The position numbers and the translations under genes were made by a program. DNA of 64,000 bases. Source: Octopus vulgaris. Its lineage: Eukaryota. Shown piece after piece: positions 24,770-37,800 of the stretch. How positions within the stretch are numbered: position 1 is the first letter of the stretch; each line of letters starts with the position of its first letter. The notes beneath the pieces were generated by a model, which worked only from the letters and a program-made list of their open reading frames with translations, did not search any database and was not told the origin of the DNA. The stretch lies in contig OX597828.1 in assembly GCA_951406725.2 (NCBI GenBank), positions 36,146,001-36,210,000 on the forward strand, given 5' to 3'.

Positions 24770-25320
24770 AGGCTGTGGTATGAATGGTCGACATGGTGGT
24801 GTTGCTAGTGTTGGTGCTGGTACAGTGATAGTTTTGGAAGTAGCAATTTATATGGTGGTGGAGTGGATGCTTGTCATCGGCATGGTGTTGATCTTGGGGA
24901 ATGATACAGTGGTGGTGGTGGTGGTGGTGGTGGTACTGTGGCAGTATTGTTCTTGATGGTGGAGATGATGGTAGTGCTGTTGGCAGTGATGACGGTGATG
25001 ATGGTGCTGCTGGTGGCAATGAAGGTAGTAATGTATGGTGACGGTGGTGGTGGTGGTGGTGGTGATGGATGGTGGTGTTGTTTTTGTTGGTGGTGGTGAG
25101 GTTGCTGGTATTGTTATTGCTGCTGATGATGATGCTAATATTAGTGGTGACTGATGTTGGTAGTGGTTGATGATGTTGCAATTAGTGGTGGTGGTGGTGG
25201 TGGTGGTGATGATGATGGCGATGGTACTGGTAACGGAGTTGTTGTTGTTGTTGGTGGCAGTGGCCATGATGGTATTAATGGTGGTGGTGGTGGCAGTGAT
25301 GATCATTGTATTGCTGTTGT
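24770..25320. repeat. Cryptic (GGT/GAT/GTT)n low-complexity tract
   Basis: Mixed trinucleotide runs; source of the poly-His/Thr/Val ORFs. Confidence 0.85.
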
Positions 25321-25887
25321 TTAACCCCAGGTCATCCTTCATTGGGCAGACAGAAAGCTAGTTATCACTGACAATGATGGTATGTAATTTCTATTGTTCT
25401 CAGAGTTGTTATTCTTTCTGCTCTTAGTAATGTTGTTGATGTTGTGGACAGTGGTTCCGTTGGTGTTGGGGGTGTTGGGGGGGGGGGGGGTAGTGACGCT
25501 ATTGTGACAACTTCAAAAGGAAACTTCGTTTTGCTAGAATGTTCCACATCCATCCAACTTTCTATCTCTCTCCTGCAACACCACCATCACCGCTGCCACC
25601 ACCACAGTCATCGCCTTCTTCTTATAATTTTTGTCAGACATCAAAATGAAATGTAGAATGCGAGTCACATGCACACGCAAAAGAACTGTGCACACGCATG
25701 TGACTTGACACTTAATCAGCAGTGCAGTGTTGCACATTTCAACATAACACAATCAGTGTGATCATCATCATCATCATCATCATTACCATCATCATCATCA
25801 TCATCAGTAGAAAACAAGTCATGTGGTGTAGGGAGTTGATGTACATCAAAGAAGAAAGCAAAATGGACATTACAGGCTTAAAAGATC

Positions 25888-25889
<2 letters not shown>

Positions 25890-25950
<61 letters not shown>

Positions 25951-26023
25951 CTGTATTTGGTTTTCTGTGGGATATTTACACTAATGTATACACAGACACA
26001 CACACACACACATATATAAAAAC

Positions 26024-26056
<33 letters not shown>

Positions 26057-26490
26057 TAAATATATACATACACATACAAACATATACATACATATGTGTA
26101 CATATACATACATACATACATACATATGTGTACATATACATACATACATACATACATATGTATACATACATATACATACATATGTGTACATACATATACA
26201 TACATACATATGTGTACATACATATACATACATATGTATACATACATACATATGTATACATACATACATATGAATACATACATTCATACATATACATACA
26301 TATGTATACATACATACATATGAATACATACATTCATACATATACATACATATGTATACATACATACATACATATGTATACATACATACATATGTATACA
26401 TACATATGTATACATACATACATACATTCATACATATACATACATAAACACACACACACACACACACACGCAAGCACACATACACACAAG
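25890..26490. repeat. Compound (TG)n / (TACA)n-based satellite with higher-order units
   Basis: Recurrent tacatacatatgtatac units. Confidence 0.9.
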
Positions 26491-26687
26491 TTGAATATGC
26501 AAGTGGCTGAAAAGAGATGCTTCAGTAATACATAATACATTTGAGTGTGTCAGTCATATCATATACTTAAAAATGTTTCTGTGCGTCTATGAATGCGTCC
26601 ATTTATTCATACTTAGATACAAATACACATATGACTGTGAGCGCACACACGCACTTCTGTATCTGTACTTTTGTGTGTGTGTGTGTG

Positions 26688-26722
<35 letters not shown>

Positions 26723-26729
26723 TTTTTAA

Positions 26730-26921
26730 TTGTTTCAGTCATTTGACGGTGGCCATGCTGGAGCACTGCCTTTTAGTCGAACAAATCGATGCCAGGACTT
26801 ATTCTTTATAAGCCTGGTACTTATTCTATTGGTCTTTTTTTTACCGAACTGCTAAGTTATGGGGATGTAAACACACCAACATAGGTTGTCAAACAATGGT
26901 GGGTGGGGGGGACACACAAAT

Positions 26922-26963
<42 letters not shown>

Positions 26964-27120
26964 GTATATACAATGAGCTTCTTTCAGTTTCTGTCTACTA
27001 AATCCACTCACAAGGTTTTGGTCAGGCTGAGGTTATAGTAGAGACACTTGCCCAAGGTCCTACGCAATGAGACTGCGCCCGTTGGGAAGCAAGCTTCTTA
27101 CCACACAGCCACTCCTGTAC
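26730..27120 (-). mobile_element. SINE A
   Basis: Family match with a partly deleted head. Confidence 0.8.
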
Positions 27121-27132
27121 TTAGATATATAC

Positions 27133-27183
<51 letters not shown>

Positions 27184-27670
27184 CATTTATATAAATATGC
27201 ATATGCAGATACACATTTACACGTATAATGCATTCTACACACACACACATATACAAATGTAAGCATGTATACATGACTTTAACGCTAAAAATGCAAAATT
27301 ACATCATAACAAACAATAAACATCACATTGGAACATGCACATACACACACATCTAAACAAATGAAAACAAATCAGAACAGGTGTTTCATATACACCTTTA
27401 CAGAATCCTAATCAGCTCTATACATACCCATGTACACACACCTTGGACAAATGTCATCTACTACAGTCCCGTACCAACCAAAGCTTTGTGAGTTGGTTTC
27501 GCAGATAGAAACTGAAAGAAGCTCATCTCAGGTGGGAGGGCTGCGGGGTAATCTTCACTATGGATTCAGGGGGTTCATTCGATAACAGCCGCACTCTTCT
27601 TATGGTTCCTTTATCTTTGGGAGAAATATCATCAATCCTTAAATATTACCAAAATGAAGTAGATTGATAT

Positions 27671-27888
27671 ACTCTTTACTCTTTAACTTGTTTCAGTCAT
27701 TTGACTGTAGCCATGCTGGAGCACCGCCTTTAGTCAAGCAAATCAACCCCAGGACTTATTCTTTGTAAGCCTAGTACTTATTCTATCGGTCACTTTTGCT
27801 GAACCGCTAAGTTATGAGGACATCAACACACCAGCATCGGTTGTCAAGCGATTTTGGGAAGGACAAACATAGACACACAGAAATATAG

Positions 27889-27935
<47 letters not shown>

Positions 27936-28112
27936 CATACATATATCCGATGGGTTTCTTTCAGTTTCTGCCTACCAAATCCACTTACAAGGCTTTGGTC
28001 GGTCCGAGGCTATAGTAGAAGACACTTGCCCAAGGTGTCATGCAGTGGGACTGAACCCGGAACCATGTGGTTCGTAAGCAAGCTACTTACCACACAGCCA
28101 CTCCTACGCCTA
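27671..28112 (-). mobile_element. SINE A, full length
   Basis: Complete family match with an expanded internal (TA)n. Confidence 0.9.
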
Positions 28113-29119
28113 TGATTATTTTGAACTTGTAGAAGACACACAAGTGTTGAAATATTGTTCATTCAATAACAGTCGCACTCTTCTTATTGTTTCTTTAATA
28201 ATGATAATGATGATGATGATAATGATGATGATGATGATGATGGTGATTCTTTTTTATATAAGCCTCCAAAGCACTGGAACAAATACAGCAAAGCTATCCA
28301 ACATATTAATTGGCTCTGAAAATTCACCACCTTGTTTCATTATGTCATCAATGTCATTCCATACTTAAGCTATTGTAATACTCAAGCCCATATTGTGACA
28401 AGCAGAATAATATTATTATAGATAGCTAATGAATGATTAATAAGGGATTTTTGTCTCTCTTTTTTTTTTTATTCCTTTTTTAGGACATGAGATACTTGTT
28501 TAATTTGGGAAAGAAAGAAAGAAAAGAGAAAGAAGCAATAACAACAGATGATTGTTTTCTATATATAAATGGTATTTCATCAACAAAAGTACAGATGAAT
28601 CAACAAGAGAGCTGCTACAAGGTCACTCAAAAAGCTAGAAATAGCACCAAAATTCCAAATAACATCCTATTGTCATTAAAAAGGAAAACAACTGGACACA
28701 TTAGATTTTAGACATACCATTCCCTCAAAAACAGTAATGGTGGTCTCAGCTGGTATACCTATGATCATTGGTCCACTAGGTGAAAGCTGACTTGGGGTTA
28801 AACAACAACAACAACAGTTAATCACTGAGTTAATGGGTTACCAGACAACCAGCCAAGAGGTCAGCAGTTCATATCCTTTCAATGTGTAGCCCAAGGCTAA
28901 GACACCTAATTCTAAAACATGTTCCCAGTCCTAACTAACTGTAAATAGGTACTACTCAGTAAAGAGAAGACAACTCATCATTGTGAGCAGCAACATCATT
29001 TTAATTCTGATTTCTTACATAAGCACAAGAGCACAAATTTGAGAAGGAGAAGATAACAGTTGATTATATTGACCCTTAATTCTCATCATCATCATCAACC
29101 TCTGAATATTATTGTCTTA

Positions 29120-29365
29120 AGTCCAAGGGACTCATAGGGATAGTCACCCAGTTTCCATCATGCTCATGTGACCAAGATAACAACATTCTCCCTGAACAGG
29201 ACACCAGGCCATTGCAGGGTTACTCATTTACAGCCAAGTGGACTGGAGCAACATGAAATTAAGTGTTTTGCACCAGAACACAACACAAAGCCCCATCTGG
29301 AAATCAAAACCATGATCCAGCAATTATGAGTCCAACATCCTAACCACTGATCCACACACGCCTTC
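29120..29365 (-). mobile_element. tRNA-derived SINE family G (V-SINE-like)
   Basis: Head cagtggttaggatgttggactcat and central cctgcaatggcctggtgtcctgttcaggg resembling the V-domain; related to 43965-44186. Confidence 0.6.
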
Positions 29366-29410
29366 AGCCTAGTAGTACATAACTTGTGCCTTATTTTTAA
29401 CAACTCTTAA

Positions 29411-29586
29411 CCTTTTTGATACCAATGTCTTGTTTTCATAAGTTTTGAATTAAAATCTCCCACCAAACCTTAGTCACAATTTATGTTTCTAACATTTGCT
29501 TAATTTATTTTACTAAACTCTTTGTTATATTCAAAATTAACCGAAAGAAACACGGCGCATCTCAAAATAAATACAGTAATGAAAGG
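29411..29586. mobile_element. piggyBac-like MITE
   Basis: ttaa|cctttttgatac ... gtaatgaaaggg|ttga. Confidence 0.5.
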
Positions 29587-29974
29587 GTTGAAGGATAGGA
29601 GGTAATGTTGACGACTGCAGAATTTGAACTCTGTACTGTATGTTCCAGCATACAAATTGAACTTTTCAGGCCAAAAATTTGCAGCCACAAAACAGATATG
29701 TCGACTTGTATACCAAGAGGACAAAACAATTTCATGTGAAATGCAGCAGGATTTGGAAAGATAGTGAAGATGTTTTAGTTTACACTACATGTCAACTAGA
29801 ATGCCAGAAAACGTGGTAAGTAAGAGACTGTAATTAGATGCCATAAGGCAGTTTAGCCAATGCTCTAGTGATTCTGGTAAATTTGGAGGTAATTCTTGTT
29901 CAATTCCTGTAGATTGATAGCTTGAAGAGGGGTGGTGTACTGCAAGATAGGATTGAGTATGCTGGATTGATTTG

Positions 29975-30410
29975 TTTACCAGTGTCACGCAAATGGCACC
30001 CATGCCGGTAGCATGTAAGAGCACCCTGGTGTCACGCAAATGGCACTCATGCCAGTGGCATATAAAAGCACCCATTACACTCTTGGAGTGGTTGGCATTA
30101 AGAAGGGCACCCAACTGTAGAAAACCATGCCAAATCAGACTGGAGTCTGGTGCAGCCTTCCAGTATGCCAGCCCAATCAAACTATCCAATCCATGCCAGC
30201 ATGGACAACGGAAGTTAAATGATGATTTATTTGGCAACCTCACAAGTGCTACACAAAGAAAAGATGCCCAGTGCACTCTGTGAAGTGGTTGGCCTTAGGA
30301 AGAACATCCAGCAGTAGAGACAATGCCTAAGCAGACACTGGGTCTCAGCGCTATCCTCCAATTCATTGTATCTTGTCAAACTGTCCAACCCATGCCAGCA
30401 TGTTACATGA
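29975..30410 (+). mobile_element. Two tandem family C (RTE 3' end) fragments
   Basis: gagtggttggcattaagaagggcac... and aagtggttggccttaggaagaacatccagc..., each ending near ccatgccagcatg. Confidence 0.7.
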
Positions 30411-31629
30411 TGGTGAAGAAAACTTCAGTGAGGCCCCCAATGGCCTTAAAGGAAAATGAAATGAGGAATTTCCATTAACCTCCAAAAGATGAGACACTGC
30501 AAAGAAGTAAAGAGAAACATGGAGAGAAGAAGGGATGGAAGGAAAGAGGGAGCGAGGGAAATAGAGAAAGAGAAGGGAAGATAAAATAATAATGTGTGTG
30601 TGAGAGGGACAGACAGAGGGAGGGAGGGAGGGAAGAAAAAAGAAGAAAAATAGAAAAAGAAAGAAGGAGAAAGAAAGAAAAGAAGAAGTCATCTTGATCA
30701 TTTAATGTCCATGTTCCATTCTGAAAAAACATGTAAGCAAAAAGAAAAAAAAAATGAAGAATATAAATAATTACTATGAGAGAAGAATACGAGTTAAAAA
30801 CAGAAAGAGAGAAATAAGAAAGAGAGAAAGAAAGAGATTAAGATTAATATTTCAATAGTTTTACTGTCATTGCGTGCTTTCACTGCACAATCAAGTGCAT
30901 CTTTGATGCGCCTTGGGTATACGCAGAACGTGAAGTAGGTTTTTTTTTTTCTCCTTCTTATTCTTTTCCTATTGTATTGAGAGTTCTCTACATAATGTAC
31001 ATGCACGGTGCCATGTGAAGCTATTTCTGTTATGCTGTGTATGTTGCGCAAGTCCTGAATGCTCTAAATAACGTGTGTGCACTACGCAGTGGTTCTCAAC
31101 CTGTGTCCACACGACCCTTGTGGGTCCCTATGTGATTTTGCAGTCAATTGGTTGTATTCCTTTAAGATACGAAATATTGTAACAATTTATTTTTATACAA
31201 TTCCTAATTATAACTTAATTATAAAACTATAAAAATGATTTTTTAAGCATCGAATGGTTATGAAGGATCCACCTGAGTAAAATAGGGTCTGCAGAGTACA
31301 ACCAGAATATGAAGAAGACCTTGCAAGTGAATGTTTCAAACCATTTCAATGGAACTAAACGGAAGCAATAACGAAAAGGGGGCACAGTTGAAAGGTAAGA
31401 GTGGAGATAATTAAAATATACCATCAGCACCCACAAATCATGTAAAAATACCTGTCACCACCATCACAAACCGATAAAGAAGCCCCTCTACATGGTGACT
31501 TGACCTGCAAGAAACAGCAGTGAAGTTTTTCCTCAAATCATATCCTACAGTCTTTTTAAAAACACACAGATGGTGTAGCTCTGGTTTATACTATGTCTGG
31601 GATCACGATCAAGTCTCAAATGCATTTAA

Positions 31630-31940
31630 TCAGGGTAAAGGGTAAGGACCCCCTTCATCCATGGTCCCAAGAAAGTGCTCCCTCCCCTTGGAAGGGGGCA
31701 CAAGTCCAGGCAAGATCGTTTATAGAAGACCAGCAGTTGCCCATGCATTCCAGCCTCCCCTCTTCACGCCACCGATGCTAGCCAAGGGAAAAGCAAAGGC
31801 CAATACAGCTTGGCACCAAGTGACATCCATCGCAACGTGAAATAAAGTGTCTTGCTCAAGAACATAACACATAGCCTGGTCAGGGAATCGAACTCACTAC
31901 CTCATGATTGTGAGTCCAACACTCTAACCACTGAGCATTT
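31630..31940 (-). mobile_element. tRNA-derived SINE (G-like head, different tail)
   Basis: ctcagtggttagagtgttggactcacaatcatgaggtagtgagttcgattccctgacc (A and B boxes), then gttcttgagcaagacactt. Confidence 0.75.
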
Positions 31941-32310
31941 AATCAGAGTTCAGGTTAGTCAAGGCTGACCAAGGGTTAAACAACAAGATTAATTTCTTGA
32001 AGAACACCAGCTGTAGCATCATCATCATCATCAAACTCAGTAGCAACATCATTATCATCACCATCATCAAAACAACGCAGGCCTCATCTGGTTGTTATTA
32101 AATGATTTTGTAAAATAAAGACTACCATACACAATACACACAATATGTATATACACATATACATACATACATATATACACATGTATACACATGCTGATTG
32201 CTACTTCTTAGAAGAGTGCCAACTCAACATATATATACATACATACACGCCATACATACACATAAATACATAAATATACATACATATATACATGCCATAC
32301 ATATACATAA

Positions 32311-32349
<39 letters not shown>

Positions 32350-32751
32350 AACACACATATATGAAGAGATTGACAGAAAAAATATAGAGAGAGATGGAGA
32401 AAGGAATGGCTGGAGACGTAATGAAGGAGTGAGGCAAAATTTGTTCTCTGCAATTTCCTGCTGCACCAGATACCCTGTACTTCAGAGTCTGCATTTTCTT
32501 CTGCAACGATATATGGATTATAGAATTTCCTGCACTGAGAATCATGGTGAATGTCTGACGGTAAGCAGAACCAAGATTCCAGACTCCGATAAGGTCAACA
32601 TATGGTTAAGAATGGTACCTGGAGATTTAGAATAATCCCTTTAGTACAAGAAATGGTAGTGGTAAAAGTGCATTTCTGAATGAGTGTGTGTGTGTGTGTG
32701 TGTGTGTGCATTAGTAAATATGTCCTTGTATTATATACATCTCTGGAATAA

Positions 32752-33130
32752 ATCATCATCATCATCATCATCATTATTATCATTTAACATCCGTTTTCCA
32801 TGCTGCACCCCTAGCCATAATTTCATCCTTAACCATGCCAGCACTTTTACATCATCATCAATATTTAATGTCCATTTTCCATGATGGCATGGGTTGGACT
32901 GCTTGACAGGAACTGGCAAGGGCAGGGGCCATACCAGGTTCCATACTCTATTTTGGCTCAGTTTCTATGGCCGGTTACCCTTCCCAATGCCGACCATTCC
33001 ACAGAATGTACTGGGTACTTTTTACATGACATCATCACATGAGCTTTTTAAGAGGCACCAACGCCAGTGTTTTTTACATGGTACCTTGATCTTAGGATCT
33101 CAATTCTGCTGTGGTGGCAGGTTTTCGTGA
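32752..33130 (-). mobile_element. Family C fragments (diverged)
   Basis: (CAT)n tttaacatccgttttccatg repeated twice; ccttcccaatgcc. Confidence 0.6.
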
Positions 33131-34262
33131 TGATGATGATGATGATGATGACAAAAACAAGAAGGTTAAGAAAGATGCATCTGTACCACTTGTCCAACAA
33201 GTAGGTCATATTTCCAAATATAAAAACACAGTTAGGCCATTAGATTCCAACTCATCTAATGCTGCCTCTGGTTTAATAATATGAAAACTAATTTTAATGT
33301 GCTCATATTTTAATTAAAACATTTAATTATATAATTTTAATTAAAAACATTTTGTTATATTCCAAACATCAATATAATTGTGCCAAAGAAATAAAAATGA
33401 TGAGCTGGTGAGGAAGTCTCAACAAGGTTAATCTCTTGACCTTTTAGAAATAGCAGTCAAATTTCCCTTGCACAACACATCAGTCTTTAAAAAGGGGAGA
33501 ACACATTAAATGAAATGGTCTCAAAAACACTACAAAAATGACAGGATGGTCACAGTTGGAATGCCTTTGATCATAGGTTTGTTCAATGAGAGTTGACCTG
33601 GGGTTAAATAAAAGCAGCTGAAGAAGTAAGAAAAAAATATTATTTTACTAAATCTGTCCTAATTTTTGATTATTTTAAAAGTTAATTAAAACACATAGGC
33701 AATGTATTTCATTAAAAATATGGTCATTGATAAAAGTAAATTGACATACAATGTTACAGCACTGGATAGAATGCCTTGCAGTATTTCTACTGATGCTCTG
33801 CAATCTGAGTTCAAATCCTGCTAAGGTCAACTTAGCTTTGCATTGTTTTGGGATTGATGAATACAGTACTAGCCCAGGACAATGGATTAGAAGAATTGCC
33901 AAAGTGTAAGACAGGATGTCTTGTGGTATCTGTTCCACCAGCTCTTTGTATTCTGACAGCACCATCTGTAAATACTTTGGTAACAAGGTGATATGAGATC
34001 CTGCCCTTCCCTTGGACAACATCTGTGGCATCCACAGGCATCTGTAAGTCTTAACAGAAAAAAAAATACTCTTTTGCCTAAGCCAGCACTATGGCAAGGA
34101 ACTTTCCAGGGGCACATATTCAGATTGTTTATGAGAGATGATAAAAGGGAATAGAGTTTTGAAGCATATCGTGTTTATTTAACACAATATGTCTAAAAAT
34201 ATTTTTTACTTGAACAAAAACTGCAGCTTAATGCTTTTCAAAATACATATACATTAAATATG

Positions 34263-34296
<34 letters not shown>

Positions 34297-34690
34297 CGCA
34301 GGAGTGGCTGTGTGGTAAGTAGCTTGCATACCAAACCACATGGTTCCGGGTTCAGTCCCACTGCGTAGCACCTTGGGCAAGTGTCTTCTACTATAGCCAC
34401 GGGCCAACCAAAGCCTTGTGAGTGGATTTGGTAGACAGAAACTGAAAGAAGCCCATCGTATATATGTATATAAATATATATATATGTATGTGTATGTGTG
34501 TGTGTTTCTGTCCCCCTAGCATTGCTTGATTGCTTGATAACCGATGCTGGTGTGTTTATGTCTCCGTCACTTAGCGATAAAATAAGTACTGGGCTTACAA
34601 AGAATAAGTCCCAGGGTCGAGTTGCTCGATTAAAGGCGGTGCTCCAGCATGGCTGCAGTCAAATGACTGAAACAAGTAAAAGAGAGTAAA
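34297..34690 (+). mobile_element. SINE A, full length, inside (TA)n
   Basis: gcaggagtggctgtgtggtaag...gactgaaacaagtaaaagag; TA runs on both sides. Confidence 0.9.
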
Positions 34691-34698
34691 AAAAGAGA

Positions 34699-34745
<47 letters not shown>

Positions 34746-34748
<3 letters not shown>

Positions 34749-35296
34749 GCTGGCCCAAAAGTAGGTTTACAGTTATTCAACTATCTCTTTCGCATTCATA
34801 TATTAACAGTTTAGATCTTAATTATAGGAAAATATGAAACCATTATTCACCAAGATGAATCACCTTCACATTATGCATTGACAGTAAGAGAGTACCGTAA
34901 CCAAGCCTTTCCATAGCATTGGTTTCGAAGATGGGGCAGCATCAAATGGCCACCACATTCACCTGACCTGACACCAATGGATTTCTCTTTTTGGGGTGTT
35001 GTAAAGAACAAGGTTTGTGAGAATTATCCCAAAACAGTTTAATGAATTAAAAGATTACATTTCTGACACATTCACTGAAATTGATGGCGATTGGAATTTG
35101 TGCCAGACTGTGTCAGAGTGTTCTGAAGAGGTTTAAAGTATGTTAGATTTTGAGTATCTGAGAGATTAAACATTGTCTGTTTAAGATGTGCATAAGTAAT
35201 ATGATTGTAAGATAGAAATTTGAATGTAAAAAAATGTTTTAAAAGAAATTTAAAGTGCCTACATGATAACTGTAAACCTACTTCTGGGCCAACTTG
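34746..35296 (+). mobile_element. Internally deleted DD41D Tc1/mariner element with transposase C-terminal remnant
   Basis: TIRs caggctggcccaaaagtaggtttacagtta / taactgtaaacctacttctgggccaacttg; from 34848 HQD-(41 aa)-D with WPPHSPDLTPMDFSFWGVVKNKV. Confidence 0.88.
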
Positions 35297-35299
35297 TCG

Positions 35300-35545
35300 T
35301 TGTCATTTAACATCTGCTTTCCATGCTGGCATGGGTTGGATGGCTTGACTGAGGGCTGGTGAGCCAGAAGGCTTCACCAGGCTCCAATCTAATCTGGCAA
35401 AGTTTCTACAGCTGGATGCCCTTCCTAATGCCAACCACTCTAAGAGTGTAGTGGGTGCTTTTTACGTGCCATCGGCACGAGGGCCAGTCAGGCAGTACTG
35501 GCATCAACCATGCTCAAATAGTGCTTTATACATGCCACCGGCATG
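35300..35545 (-). mobile_element. Family C (RTE 3' end)
   Basis: tttccatgctggcatgggttgga...ctggatgcccttcctaatgccaaccact plus 2 internal repeat units. Confidence 0.8.
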
Positions 35546-35600
35546 TATATATAATGACAGAGCAACATTAATGCCAAAAAGTAAAATATTCCCCACTTAA

Positions 35601-35729
35601 AAGGGGATGTAGTGTTAGAACATACAATACTGCGATATTTACCAAGAGAGAAACTCTCATGTGGCTTTCTGGTGCATAAGAGTACATCATAGTTATTGCA
35701 GTATTGTGTATTCTAACACAACATCTACT
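35601..35729. mobile_element. Palindromic MITE with TTAA flanks (Kolobok-like)
   Basis: About 37-bp imperfect TIR: gatgtagtgttagaacatacaatactgcgata / tattgcagtattgtgtattctaacacaacatc; ttaa at 35597-35600 and 35730-35733. Confidence 0.7.
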
Positions 35730-36275
35730 TTAAATTGGTGAATATTTTACCTTTTATATATCTTGTTTCAGTCACTGGACTGCAGCCATGCTGGAGCACT
35801 GTCTTAATTGGTTTTAATCAATCAAACCAGCCCCAATACTTAGTCTCTGAGTCAGGTACTTATTCTATCAGTCTCTTTTACCTAATCAATTCCAGTTATG
35901 AAACAGCAGGAGGGGGAAACACACACACATGCACACACACACACATACATACATATATACCCAAAAGGCTTCTTTCAGTTTCCACCTACCAAATCCACTC
36001 GCAAGGCTTTAGTAGAAAGAAGACACTTGCCCAAGGTGCCACACAGTGGGACTGGCACATTCACACACTTACATACATACACCATGTGTATTCCAGTTTT
36101 GGAATAGACGTAGTGTCCCTGCATGTTGTAAAGGGAGGTTAAAAGGCTTGGCAGCAAGAAGGGGGTATCTGGCTGCAAAACACTGTCAAGAGAAAAATCA
36201 TCGAACCAATGCCAGCATAGTAGAAACGTGGACATAAAAAAATTATGATGATGATGATGACAGTGGCAACAATGA

Positions 36276-36381
<106 letters not shown>

Positions 36382-36413
36382 ATGAATTTTTATTCTTTCT
36401 TTTATTTTTTTTT

Positions 36414-36790
36414 TGTTTCAGTCATTTGACTGCGGCCATGCTAGAGCACCACCTTTAGTTGAGCAAATCAACCCCAGGACTTATTCTTTGCAAGCCTAGT
36501 ACTTATTCTATCGACCCCTATTGCCGAACAACTAAGTGACGGGGACGTAAGCTCACCAGCATCGGTTGTCAAGCGATGTTGGGGGTAAAAACACAGACAC
36601 ACAAACATATACACACACATACATATATACGATGGGCTTCTTTCAGTTTCCATCTACCAAATCCACTCACAAGGTTTTGGTCAGCCCGAGGCTATAGTAG
36701 AAGACACTTGCCCAAGGTGCCACGCAGTGGGACTGAACCCAGAGCCATGTGGTTGGTAAGCAAGCTACTTACCACACAGCCACTCCCGTG
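36414..36790 (-). mobile_element. SINE A, full length
   Basis: Complete family match. Confidence 0.9.
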
Positions 36791-37382
36791 TAAAAGAAAT
36801 AAGTAAAAAAAATTTTTAGATGCCAGCCAAAATTTTCACATACAAACATGTATAGATATTTGCATACATGTATGTATGTGTGTATATATATGTATATACA
36901 CACACTCTCTCTTATACACACACACACACACACACATATTTGATTTAAAACTCTGATAATGATCCTGAACTTGGAAGAATAAAAAAAGGGGTGTTTAATT
37001 GCTAAGGATTCATTATTTGATGAGAATGGGATAGGACCGGGTTGAAGTAAGGAGTATAAGTGCATAGTAATTGAGGTGGAATAGGCGGAAGTGGTTTGGG
37101 GGTGGGCGGGGGTGAGAAATGCAAATAAAGTTTCTAATGGGTGTACCCCACTCCCACGTCCCACCTACGAAAACAGACAGTCAAAAAAGGAAATTACAGA
37201 AATCTATGTTTATATATGAAATTGGAGGGGTGTGGCATATGTGGGTTGCTTTAGAATAATGTAGGGCAAGTGGTGTCTGGATCAGATGACGTCAATTTTT
37301 TAAAGAATGGGTCTATCTGTCTGCCTCATGGTTTGTATGATACATTTGATTGCATTTGTTGCATAGTGTGTGTGTATAAATA

Positions 37383-37420
<38 letters not shown>

Positions 37421-37800
37421 GGTACAGGAGTGGTTGTGTGGTCAGTAGCTTGCTTACCAACCACAAGCTTCTGGTTTCAGTACCACTGCGTGGCATCTTG
37501 GGCAAGTGTCTTCTACAATAGTGCCAAGCTGAACAAAGCCTTGTGAGTGGATTTGGTAGATGGAAACTGAAAGAACTCTGTTGTACGTGTGTTAGTTTGT
37601 CCCCAAACACTGCTTGACAACCGGGGTGGTTTGTTCATGTTCCTGTAACTTGGTGGTTCAGCAAAAGCGACTGATAAAGTAGCAAGCTTTAAAAAGAAAA
37701 AGTAACAGGGGGTTGATTTATTTGACTAAAATTTCTTCAAAGCATTACCCCAGCATGGACACAGACAATTGACTGAAACAAGCAAAATATAAAAAGATAT
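37421..37800 (+). mobile_element. SINE A
   Basis: Head, core and tail present; short spacer. Confidence 0.8.

Noticed and set aside
24654-25361. His/Thr-rich ORFs
   Set aside because: Translation of cryptic trinucleotide repeats
37287-37294. TGACGTCA CRE palindrome near G-rich tracts
   Set aside because: A single 8-mer is expected about once by chance in 64 kb; no promoter evidence
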